From Acidimicrobiales bacterium (GTDB lineage Bacteria; Actinomycetota; Acidimicrobiia; Acidimicrobiales; Bog-793): a stretch of DNA of 64,000 nt. Below, piece after piece: positions 33,775 to 41,184 of the stretch. Positions within the stretch are counted from its first letter, which is position 1. Every line of letters starts with the position of its first letter. The notes under the pieces are model-generated. The model searched no databases and had not been told where the DNA came from. It was given only the letters and a program-made list of their open reading frames with translations. A program made the translations under genes and the position numbers. The stretch spans positions 7,554 to 71,553 of the forward strand of contig JBOGHW010000015.1 of the NCBI GenBank assembly GCA_050744865.1, given 5' to 3'.

Positions 33775-36528
33775 ATGGTTGCTGCTCACAGTGGTCATAT
33801 GGATGGTAACTCTGTAAGCGATCCCACGCCCGTTGTCCCGACGCCTGCCGTCGCCTGCCCTGCGTGCGGTTCGCAGGACGTCGGAAACCAACGACTCAGG
33901 TGCCTGCGGTGCAGCTTCCCGCTGGACGCCCCTGAAGGCCCGCGCCTGCAGCAGAACACCGCCCGCCACCACGAGCTGGTCGCCCTCCAGCAGAGGACCA
34001 GCGGCGAGCTCGGGTGGCTCGGCCGCCAGAGGGGGATCCTGTTGCAGGCCGTCTGGTACCGGGAGCACCTCGGCGAAGCACCTGCCGCCTCTCAGGCCGG
34101 CGTGGTGGCGCCATCCTGGCCCGCCGCCGGTTGGGGAGCGCCGCCCGACGTGGCCGCTGGAGTCGGTGGGGCCAGGGTCACCGCCGGATTCGGCCCGGGC
34201 CGGAAGGAGGTGGGTGTCCAGCAGATCAAGCACCTCTTCCTCTGGGCCGGTGCCGCGCTGCTCGGCCTGAGCGCCTTTGGCTTCGCCGGTCTCGAGTGGA
34301 GCCATGTCGGTCCATCCGGTCGTGCCGTGATGCTGGCTGCTGCTGCGGTCCTTGTCTGTAGCTTGTCGTTTGCCATCCGCCGTCGGCTGCCGGCGGCCGC
34401 CGAGGCCGTCGGGGCACTCGGACAGGTGCTCGTTGTCGCCGAGTGGGCGCTGGCTCGCCACGCCGGCGTCGCTCCCGGCGTCGCTTTGGAGACCTGGTGG
34501 GCGATCGGCTCGGTGTTGTCCACGTTCGTCGGCCTGGCTCTCGGGGCCGCCGGCATCAAGAGTGGTCGGGTCCTCGGAGGGGTCGCTCTCGTCTTTGCGC
34601 TGCCCCTTTTGGCCGGCACGCACGGCAGTGCAGCCAGCCCTCAGGCTCGCCTCGACCTGCGGGTGCCGGTGCTGTCTGTCCTGGCGGCGATTGAGGTGCT
34701 GATCACCCGCGTCCTCTGGAAGCGCCACGCTTGGCGCGAGACCGCCCGAGTCGTGGTGATCGGAGCATTCGTCAGCGGCGCCGCGTCTTACCTGGCAGCA
34801 GCGAGCTTGCTGATCCATGGCCAGGTCGGTCACCTAACCGGTGGCGTTCTCGTTGCCTCGACCGCACTGGTGCCAGCCCTCGCCTGGGTGCTGTTCTCGG
34901 CTGATCTCCCAGTCGTCGACGCGGCTCTGGCAGACGCCGCCGTCTTTGCGGCCGGCGCCTCGCTGGTTGGCGGTGCGCTCGAGGCGCTGTCGGCAGCCGT
35001 CACGCCTCGCTGGCTCGATACCGTCGTGCTTGGCCTGGTGATCGTCGTGCTGATTGCCAGTCGGCTGGTCTTTGTGAGACTCGGCCGGGGGTTGCGCGCG
35101 CTGTCTGTCGTCGGTGCCTGCGTCGGGCTCGCCGCCGCGACGCCCTCGGCGGTCGTCACCGTGTTCGAGCCGCTCCGGCAGTGGCAGGACGGGTGGAGTG
35201 GCGCCCTTGCGGTCACGGCGTCTTCCAACTTCAGCTCGCCGGCCTGGTTGTCCCACGCCGGACCGTCTGTGCCGGCGCTCTGTGAACTGGCCATAGCGGC
35301 GCTGTGGGTGGCGGCGGGCTCGGCTTCGTTGCCGGACTTTGGGTGGAGTGGCCAGTCGCCGCGGCTGCGGCCGCTGCTGCGAAGGGCTCCGGCTGTGATC
35401 GTCGCCGGGAGTCTCATCGTGCTGGCTTCGATGATGGCTCCGCTCGTCTGGGGAGCCGACGTCGCCGTGGTGATAGTCGTCGAGCTGGCCCTGACCGGGA
35501 CCCTGACCAGTGGGGCGTGCCTGGTGTCACGCTGGATCGGCGGCGAATCCAGGTGGGCCGCCGCCCCGGCGGTTGCCATTGGTGTCGTCGGGCTGTCGTG
35601 CCTCGGCTGGTGCGCTGCGACACCCGAGGCCACGCTGGTCGGTCTTGGTGCCCTGTCGCTGTGCGCCCTGTCGCTGTCAATCGCGGCAGGTCGCTCAGTC
35701 CTCGGCGGCGCCGCCACAGGAGCGTGTGCAGTGCTCACTTTGGCCCTGACGGGTGTGGCTGCGAGCGCCCTGCACGCCGGCACGAGCAGGAGCTGCCTGG
35801 TCGTCGTGATCGCAGCAGGAGTGCTCCTGCTGGCCTGCCGCCAGCGCCCGGTCGCTGCCCGCGTGCTGCCTGCGACTACGGCTACCACCGAGGCCATCGC
35901 CTTTGCCGGCATGGGTGTCCCTGCACTGTTCGCCGCCCACTTGGGGGCGCTCAGCTGGCTGGCGATCGACCTCAGCGTTGCCCTCGTGGCAACTGCGGCT
36001 GCCGCCTTGCTGCCGGCGCGGCCCGGGTACCGGTACGTCGCGGCAGCTGTTGCTCTGCCGGCTGTGTGCAGCTGGATCGCTCAGGCACACGTCCACCTGG
36101 TTGAGGCCTACACGTGGCCCTGCGCAGCGATTCTTGTCCGCATCGGCGTTCTGGCCCTTCGCGACTCCCGCGCGACCGGCCGTATCAGCTCCTGGCTGAC
36201 CTTCGGGCCGGGCATCGTGCTGGCGCTCGGGCCGAGCACGGCGCTGGCTGTCCACGATGGTGGCTTCGCCCGGCCGGTCTGTGTGGCCGCGCTCGCCTTG
36301 GTCATTCTGCTCGCCGGCGCCAAGGCACGCCTGCAGGCGCCCATCGCGATACCGCTGTCAGCCCTCGGGATCCTCGCAGTCGACGCCGCCTACCCGACGC
36401 TGGCGGGCGGTCCTCGCTGGATCGCGGTCGGGGTCGTGGGCGTGCTCTTGCTGTGGACAGGCGCGACTGCCGAGCGGCGCCTGGCGAGCTTTAGGCGGGC
36501 GTCGTCCAAGTTCCGGGCGCTCGGGTGA
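33775..36528 (+). CDS. Very large polytopic membrane protein (over 20 predicted TMs) with an N-terminal zinc-ribbon (SCO7613-C-terminal-domain-like)
   Basis: 917 aa. The N-terminus is CPACGSQDVGNQRLRCLRCSFPL. The rest is almost continuous hydrophobic helices rich in Ala/Leu/Val/Gly. The start codon is uncertain. Confidence 0.65.
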   Translation: MVAAHSGHMDGNSVSDPTPVVPTPAVACPACGSQDVGNQRLRCLRCSFPLDAPEGPRLQQNTARHHELVALQQRTSGELGWLGRQRGILLQAVWYREHLGEAPAASQAGVVAPSWPAAGWGAPPDVAAGVGGARVTAGFGPGRKEVGVQQIKHLFLWAGAALLGLSAFGFAGLEWSHVGPSGRAVMLAAAAVLVCSLSFAIRRRLPAAAEAVGALGQVLVVAEWALARHAGVAPGVALETWWAIGSVLSTFVGLALGAAGIKSGRVLGGVALVFALPLLAGTHGSAASPQARLDLRVPVLSVLAAIEVLITRVLWKRHAWRETARVVVIGAFVSGAASYLAAASLLIHGQVGHLTGGVLVASTALVPALAWVLFSADLPVVDAALADAAVFAAGASLVGGALEALSAAVTPRWLDTVVLGLVIVVLIASRLVFVRLGRGLRALSVVGACVGLAAATPSAVVTVFEPLRQWQDGWSGALAVTASSNFSSPAWLSHAGPSVPALCELAIAALWVAAGSASLPDFGWSGQSPRLRPLLRRAPAVIVAGSLIVLASMMAPLVWGADVAVVIVVELALTGTLTSGACLVSRWIGGESRWAAAPAVAIGVVGLSCLGWCAATPEATLVGLGALSLCALSLSIAAGRSVLGGAATGACAVLTLALTGVAASALHAGTSRSCLVVVIAAGVLLLACRQRPVAARVLPATTATTEAIAFAGMGVPALFAAHLGALSWLAIDLSVALVATAAAALLPARPGYRYVAAAVALPAVCSWIAQAHVHLVEAYTWPCAAILVRIGVLALRDSRATGRISSWLTFGPGIVLALGPSTALAVHDGGFARPVCVAALALVILLAGAKARLQAPIAIPLSALGILAVDAAYPTLAGGPRWIAVGVVGVLLLWTGATAERRLASFRRASSKFRALG

Positions 36529-36538
36529 CAGTCTCTCG

Positions 36539-36614
36539 GCCAAGGTGGGCCGCCGGACGTACGTTTCGCGGGGCAAGTCGGCGCGTGAGACGGCCCACCT
36601 CGCTCTCGGCGCCT
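36539..36614. repeat. 76-bp direct repeat, copy 1, with internal 10-bp GC-rich inverted repeat
   Basis: The unit is GCCAAGGTGGGCCGCCGGACGTACGTTTCGCGGGGCAAGTCGGCGCGTGAGACGGCCCACCTCGCTCTCGGCGCCT. The arms AGGTGGGCCG and CGGCCCACCT flank a 38-nt loop containing the palindrome ACGTACGT. Confidence 0.9.
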
Positions 36615-36637
36615 CGGCAACCGACCGTCCGCCGCCT

Positions 36638-36713
36638 GCCAAGGTGGGCCGCCGGACGTACGTTTCGCGGGCCAAGTCGGCGCGTGAGACGGCCCACCTC
36701 GCTCTCGGCGCCT
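36638..36713. repeat. 76-bp direct repeat, copy 2 (75/76 identical to copy 1, offset 99 bp)
   Basis: Same unit with a single G-to-C difference (GGGGCAAG versus GGGCCAAG). It lies between convergent genes that end at 36528 (+) and 36726 (-). Confidence 0.9.
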
Positions 36714-36725
36714 GGCCGTCCCGGC

Positions 36726-36956
36726 TCAGTGGCCGCGGGCCCCGTGCATCTGGCCGAACAGGAAGATGAGGAGCACGCCGGCACCGAGCACCACGAGGAT
36801 GGCCAGGGCGCCGGGGTCTCCGGCGACTGCCAGGAGGATCAGCAGCCCCAGCGCCAGGAAACCGAAAGTGACGCCGGAGATCATGCCCCAGTGGTCCAGG
36901 AACCGGAAGGGCTCCCGCTGGCCGGCTTGCTCCGGTGCTGCCGGATCGTCGCTCAT
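36726..36956 (-). CDS. Small membrane protein (76 aa, 2 TMs)
   Basis: ATG 36956 overlaps the uppS stop (ATGA). The sequence is MSDDPAAPEQAGQREPFRFLDHWGMISGVTFGFLALGLLILLAVAGDPGALAILVVLGAGVLLIFLFGQ. Confidence 0.6.
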   Translation of the reverse strand: MSDDPAAPEQAGQREPFRFLDHWGMISGVTFGFLALGLLILLAVAGDPGALAILVVLGAGVLLIFLFGQMHGARGH

Positions 36957-37672
36957 GGCTTCACATCCCCGAAACGTCGCTCCCGCCCCTGGAACTCCCT
37001 TATCGCCTCGAACAGGTTCTCGCGCCGGAAGTCGGGCCACAGAACATCGGTGAACACCAGCTCTGAGTAGGCGAGCTCCCACAGCAAGAAGTTCGACACA
37101 CGAAACTCGCCCGAGGTGCGCACCACCAGATCAGGGTCCGGCATGTCGGGCCAGTACAGCCGGGAGCTGATAGCCCTCTCGTCGATCTTGTTGGCCGGCA
37201 CCCCTTCGGCAGCCAGGCGCCGCACGGCGTCCACGATCTCGGAGCGCCCTCCGTAGTTGAAGCAGATCGTCAGGGTCATGCGGCGGTTGTGCGCGGTGAG
37301 CGCCGCCGACTCGTCCATGTGGCGAAGCAGGCGCTTGGGCACGCGCCAGTCGCGGCGCCCGGTGAAGCGGATCCGGACACCCTTTTCGTTGAGGTCGTCA
37401 CGGTGGCGTGTGAGGATTCCCTCGTTGAAGTTCATCAGGTAACGGACCTCGTCCGGCGGCCGCCTCCAGTTCTCTGTCGAGAAGGCGTACATGGACAACC
37501 ACACCACGCCGACATCGAGGGCTCCCTCGACGGTGTCGAACATCGCCTTCTCGCCGGCGGCGTGCCCCTCGGTGCGGGCCAGCCCCCGGGCGCGGGCCCA
37601 CCGTCCGTTGCCGTCCATCACGCAGGCAACGTGTCTGGGGACGCGCTTAGGGTCGATCCCTTCGATTGGCAC
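36953..37672 (-). CDS. uppS: Isoprenyl transferase (undecaprenyl-diphosphate synthase family)
   Basis: 239 aa. Motifs are HVACVMDGNGRWA, YAFSTENWRRP and RTSGEFRVSNFLLWELAYSE. Confidence 0.92.
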   Translation of the reverse strand: MPIEGIDPKRVPRHVACVMDGNGRWARARGLARTEGHAAGEKAMFDTVEGALDVGVVWLSMYAFSTENWRRPPDEVRYLMNFNEGILTRHRDDLNEKGVRIRFTGRRDWRVPKRLLRHMDESAALTAHNRRMTLTICFNYGGRSEIVDAVRRLAAEGVPANKIDERAISSRLYWPDMPDPDLVVRTSGEFRVSNFLLWELAYSELVFTDVLWPDFRRENLFEAIREFQGRERRFGDVKP

Positions 37673-38507
37673 GAGGCGACGCTAGTGCCGGACTGTGGTG
37701 GGCAGTCGCATCGCTAGGGCCCTGTGCCTCCAGGACCGACGCCACCCAAGCCGAAGCCGCCGATCTGGCGGCAACGATGTCGCCGCACTCCAGCAGCGGC
37801 CAGACCGTATCGTCGACGAGGCCGGACCAGTCGAGGCCCTCGCTCGAGACACCGGCCGACCGCACCGCGACCCTTGCAGTTCCGACGATCTCGGCGAGCA
37901 AGGCGACGGTGGCAGGCAGAGCTTCGCCGATCCGGCGCTTGACCCAGCCTGCCAAGAAGGGGCTGACACCTCCTGTGGACACGGCCACGGCAATCGGGCC
38001 GACGTGGCTGACCGCAGGCATGAAGAATGAGCACGAGCCTGGGTCGTCTGCAGCGTTCACTGGCACTCCGGCTGCCTCCGCGTCCTCGAAGACTTGCCGG
38101 TCCACCTCGGTCCGGCCGGTCGCCGCCATGACGAGCCGGTACTCCGCCGCCTCGCCCGCCCGGTACGGCCGGCGCTCCACTGACGAAAGCGCCAGCCGAG
38201 GCCTGCGCCCGGCTCCGCCAGAGTCGCGCCCGGCTCCGCCAGAGTCGCCTTGCAGGCAGAGCTTCTCCATCGCGGCGCAGATCTCAGGCGCCACCACCGT
38301 CACGAGAGCCCCGCATTCGAGCAGCCCTGCAGCCTTGACGGCGCCGACCGACCCTCCGCCGACGACCAGGCACGCCCTCCCCTCGAGGCGAAGGGCGACG
38401 TGGAACAACCGGGTGGGTGGCTCGAAGCCAGGTTGGGTAGCCACTTGGGCGCCAGGCGAAGGGCCCGGCGCGAGCGGGTCTGCGAGGGTCGGCAGCGGCA
38501 GATTCAT
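37647..38507 (-). CDS. Precorrin-2 dehydrogenase/sirohydrochlorin ferrochelatase (siroheme synthase N-terminal type, SirC/Met8/CysG-N)
   Basis: 286 aa. The Rossmann motif is RACLVVGGGSVGAVKAAGLLECGALVTVVAPE. It contains an internal duplicated heptapeptide. Its 3' end overlaps the uppS start by 26 nt. Confidence 0.75.
   Translation of the reverse strand: MNLPLPTLADPLAPGPSPGAQVATQPGFEPPTRLFHVALRLEGRACLVVGGGSVGAVKAAGLLECGALVTVVAPEICAAMEKLCLQGDSGGAGRDSGGAGRRPRLALSSVERRPYRAGEAAEYRLVMAATGRTEVDRQVFEDAEAAGVPVNAADDPGSCSFFMPAVSHVGPIAVAVSTGGVSPFLAGWVKRRIGEALPATVALLAEIVGTARVAVRSAGVSSEGLDWSGLVDDTVWPLLECGDIVAARSAASAWVASVLEAQGPSDATAHHSPALASPRANRRDRP
38205..38246. repeat. Perfect 2 x 21-bp in-frame tandem duplication inside the sirC-like gene
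   Basis: GCGCCCGGCTCCGCCAGAGTC occurs twice back to back. It encodes GDSGGAGRDSGGAGR on the minus strand. Confidence 0.95.
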
Positions 38508-38631
38508 GAGAGATGTATGTGCTTCCGAGCCACGAACCGGGAATACCCGGAAAATATGATCGGTTTAGTCAGATATAGTACCGGGCCAGAAGTGCGGCAC
38601 ATCCGTCGGCAACTCCCGAGAGGGACAATAA

Positions 38632-39336
38632 TTGGACACCTATGAGGGCACAGCGGTGATCGAGGCTGGTCGGTTCAGCGAGGAGCAGCTCGCAGCCGAG
38701 TCGTCCAGGCTTGAGTCACTCACAATCGAAGAAGCTGCCAAGGGCGCTCTGAACTGGGTAATCGAGAACTTTGGCAGCGACTACGCCGTGGCAAGCTCGT
38801 TCCAGGACGTCGTCCTCGTCGAGCTCGCCGTCAAAGCCGACCCGGCAGCCGAGGTCATCTTCCTCGATACCGAGTTCCACTTCCCCGAGACGCTGGCGTT
38901 CGTCGAGCGGCTTCGCAAGATCTGGGGGCTCAACCTGACCACGACACACCCGGCGGTCGGCCGTGACGAGTCGCCCTGCGGGTCGCCGAACTGCTGCCAG
39001 GTGCGCAAGGTTGCTCCTCTCAACGCCGCCCTCGCAGGCAAGCAGGCTTGGGTGACCGGCCTCAAGAGGGTGGACACGCCAGAGCGTGCCGAGGCGCCGA
39101 TCCTGGCCTGGGACGCCCAGCGCGGCATGGTGAAGGTCAACCCGATGGCCGGCTGGACCGACGACGACGTCGCCGCCTACCTGGCCGAGCACGAGCTGCC
39201 CCTGCACCCGCTCACCTACGTGGGTTACGTGTCGATCGGCTGTGCGCCGACGACGCAGCCGGTGGCCGACGGTCAGAACCCTCGCGAGGGGCGATGGCCC
39301 GGCAGTGACAAGACCGAGTGTGGGCTGCACATCTAA
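38632..39336 (+). CDS. cysH: Phosphoadenylyl-sulfate/adenylyl-sulfate reductase (thioredoxin-dependent), CysH family
   Basis: 234 aa. The TTG start follows GAGAGGGA. The PP-loop-like region is AVASSFQDVVLVELA. NCCQVRKVAPL is the CC motif of the Fe-S (APS) type. The C-terminal catalytic motif is KTECGLH. Confidence 0.88.
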   Translation: MDTYEGTAVIEAGRFSEEQLAAESSRLESLTIEEAAKGALNWVIENFGSDYAVASSFQDVVLVELAVKADPAAEVIFLDTEFHFPETLAFVERLRKIWGLNLTTTHPAVGRDESPCGSPNCCQVRKVAPLNAALAGKQAWVTGLKRVDTPERAEAPILAWDAQRGMVKVNPMAGWTDDDVAAYLAEHELPLHPLTYVGYVSIGCAPTTQPVADGQNPREGRWPGSDKTECGLHI

Positions 39337-39370
39337 AGCCGGCTCCGCTCACTCCGTCTCGCATTCTGCT

Positions 39371-39474
39371 CCGCCACCACCCAGAGCCCGCCACCACCCA
39401 GATCCCGCCACCACCCAGATCCGCCACCGCCCAGAGCCCGCCACTGACCGTCGCCCCCAACACTGACCGTCGCC
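39371..39474. repeat. Intergenic tandem repeat array: about 4 x 17 bp (CCGCCACCACCCAGAKC) followed by 2 x CACTGACCGTCGCC
   Basis: Units lie at 39371-39387, 39388-39404, 39405-39421 and 39422-39437 (the last is 16 nt and degenerate). CACTGACCGTCGCC then occurs at 39442-39455 and 39461-39474. The array lies between the cysH stop (39336) and the sirA start (39491). Confidence 0.9.
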
Positions 39475-39490
39475 AGGACTAGGAACCCCG

Positions 39491-41182
39491 ATGGAATTCA
39501 TCAGACCGTTTCGCACCCTCAACACGCTCAACCAGGTAGAGCAGTGCAAGCTGGCGCGCCATCCTCTCGACGTAGCCGACGCCGTGCGCGACACGTACAG
39601 CCTGCAGGGCCACGAGGCGATCGCTCGGGTCGAGGGTGAAGCCGAGCGCCTCAAGTGGGTCGGCCTTTACCCGCAGCGCCAGGGCGGCGACGCCTTCATG
39701 CTCCGGATAAAGGTCCCGGGCGGCCGCCTGACGGCTGAGCAGGCGGGGAGGATCGGGGAGGTGGTGGATCGTTTCGCTGCTGCACCCGAACCGAGCCCGA
39801 TCTGGGGCGACCGCTACTGCGACATCACCACCCGCCAGGACATCCAGATGCACTGGATCCGCATCGAGGACGTGCCGGCCATTTGGGCGTACCTGTCAGA
39901 CGTCGGCATCACCACCGTCCAGGCCTGCGGAGACTCGGCACGCAATGTCCTCGGATGCCCGGTGGCCGGTGTCGACCGGGACGAGGTCTTCGATGCCTCG
40001 CCGCTGGCGAGTGCCGTGTCCGCCTTCTTCACCGGCAACCGGGAGTACGCCAACCTGCCGCGCAAGTTCAAGCTCTCGATCACGGGCTGTCGCGACGACT
40101 GCGCCCAGGCCGAGATCAACGACGTCGGGATGTGGCCTGCCCGCCGCCGCTCCGACGGCGCCGTCGGCCTCAACGTCCTGGCCGGCGGCGGTCTCTCCGA
40201 CGGCCCTCGCATGGCCAGCGACATCGACGTCTTCGTCTCCCCTGAGCAGACGGTCGAGATCTGCCGTGCCATCGCCCAGCTGTACGGGGAGCTGGGCAAC
40301 AGGGAGAACCGCGGCGTCAACCGCATGCGGTACCTGGTGCAGGAGCTGAGCCCGGAGGGTTTCCGAGCCGAGCTGGCCGCAAGGGCCGCCTTCGAGCTGG
40401 AGCCCGCCGGCGAGGAGCTGACCCGCCGCTACAGGGGCGACCACGTCGGCGTTCACGCCGAGGCCAGGCCTGGCCGCTATTACGTCGGCTGCTCGGTGCC
40501 CGTCGGCCGGCTCTCCGGTCTCGAGCTCGTGGAAGCCGCCCGCCTGGCTGCCGAGTATGGGGACGGCGAGATCCGCCTTGCCACCGACCAGAATTTCTTA
40601 CTGACGGGCGTGCCGGAGGAGCGGCTTGATGCCCTCCTGGCCGAGACCCTTCTCAGCCGTTACTCCCCCTTTCCCGCGCCGTTCGAGCGCGGAGTGGTGG
40701 CTTGCACCGGCAGCGAGTTCTGCCGCTTTGCAATCGTGGAGACCAAAGCGCAAGCCGTGACCTGGGCCAAGGAGATGGACCGGAGGTACGCCGCCGGGTT
40801 CGGTGGAGGTACCGGGCAGCGGGAGCGCCCCGCCGACGCCGTCGTGCGCATGCACTTCTCCGGCTGCCCAGCGTCGTGCGCGCAGCCGCAGATAGCCGAC
40901 ATCGGCTTTAGGGGCGAGACCGCCCACGTCGCTGACCAGATCGTCGAAGCCGTTGACATCTCTTTCGGCGGGAGCCTCGGGATAGACGCAGGCTTCGGCG
41001 AGTGGGCGGCCGGTGCCTTGCCGGTTGGCGACGTCGCCGATTCCATCGGCCGGGTGGTCGAGCGCTACTTGTCGGAGAGGCGGCCTCTGGAGCGCTTCCA
41101 CGAGTGGAGCCGTCGTTCCCCCCGCGAGTCGCTTCAGCTCACGCTCAACGGCGGCAAGGCTGCGCCGGAGCCGGCGCCGTGA
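39491..41182 (+). CDS. sirA: Siroheme-[4Fe-4S] sulfite reductase, ferredoxin-type (NirA/SirA family)
   Basis: 563 aa. Motifs are LKWVGLYPQRQ and DITTRQDIQMHWI. The cluster/siroheme cysteines are CTGSEFCRFA and FSGCPASCAQPQIADIGF. The context (cysH upstream, siroheme gene nearby) favours sulfite over nitrite. Confidence 0.85.
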   Translation: MEFIRPFRTLNTLNQVEQCKLARHPLDVADAVRDTYSLQGHEAIARVEGEAERLKWVGLYPQRQGGDAFMLRIKVPGGRLTAEQAGRIGEVVDRFAAAPEPSPIWGDRYCDITTRQDIQMHWIRIEDVPAIWAYLSDVGITTVQACGDSARNVLGCPVAGVDRDEVFDASPLASAVSAFFTGNREYANLPRKFKLSITGCRDDCAQAEINDVGMWPARRRSDGAVGLNVLAGGGLSDGPRMASDIDVFVSPEQTVEICRAIAQLYGELGNRENRGVNRMRYLVQELSPEGFRAELAARAAFELEPAGEELTRRYRGDHVGVHAEARPGRYYVGCSVPVGRLSGLELVEAARLAAEYGDGEIRLATDQNFLLTGVPEERLDALLAETLLSRYSPFPAPFERGVVACTGSEFCRFAIVETKAQAVTWAKEMDRRYAAGFGGGTGQRERPADAVVRMHFSGCPASCAQPQIADIGFRGETAHVADQIVEAVDISFGGSLGIDAGFGEWAAGALPVGDVADSIGRVVERYLSERRPLERFHEWSRRSPRESLQLTLNGGKAAPEPAP

Positions 41183-41184
41183 CG

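Noticed and set aside
33565-35912. 422-aa and 360-aa minus-strand ORFs antisense to the 917-aa membrane protein gene.
   Set aside because: They have no motifs and low-complexity composition. The plus-strand frame encodes coherent TM helices.
38508-38631. Possible SAM-type riboswitch upstream of cysH, since this is a sulfur-metabolism leader.
   Set aside because: The 124-nt divergent region is relatively AT-rich, with only a 5-bp hairpin (CCGGG-AAUA-CCCGG). I saw none of the conserved SAM-I or SAM-IV core sequences. It is more likely plain promoter DNA.
39371-39474. Tandem repeats considered as a CRISPR array.
   Set aside because: The units are 17 bp and directly abutting, with no spacers. 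No cas genes are present. This is a simple tandem repeat.
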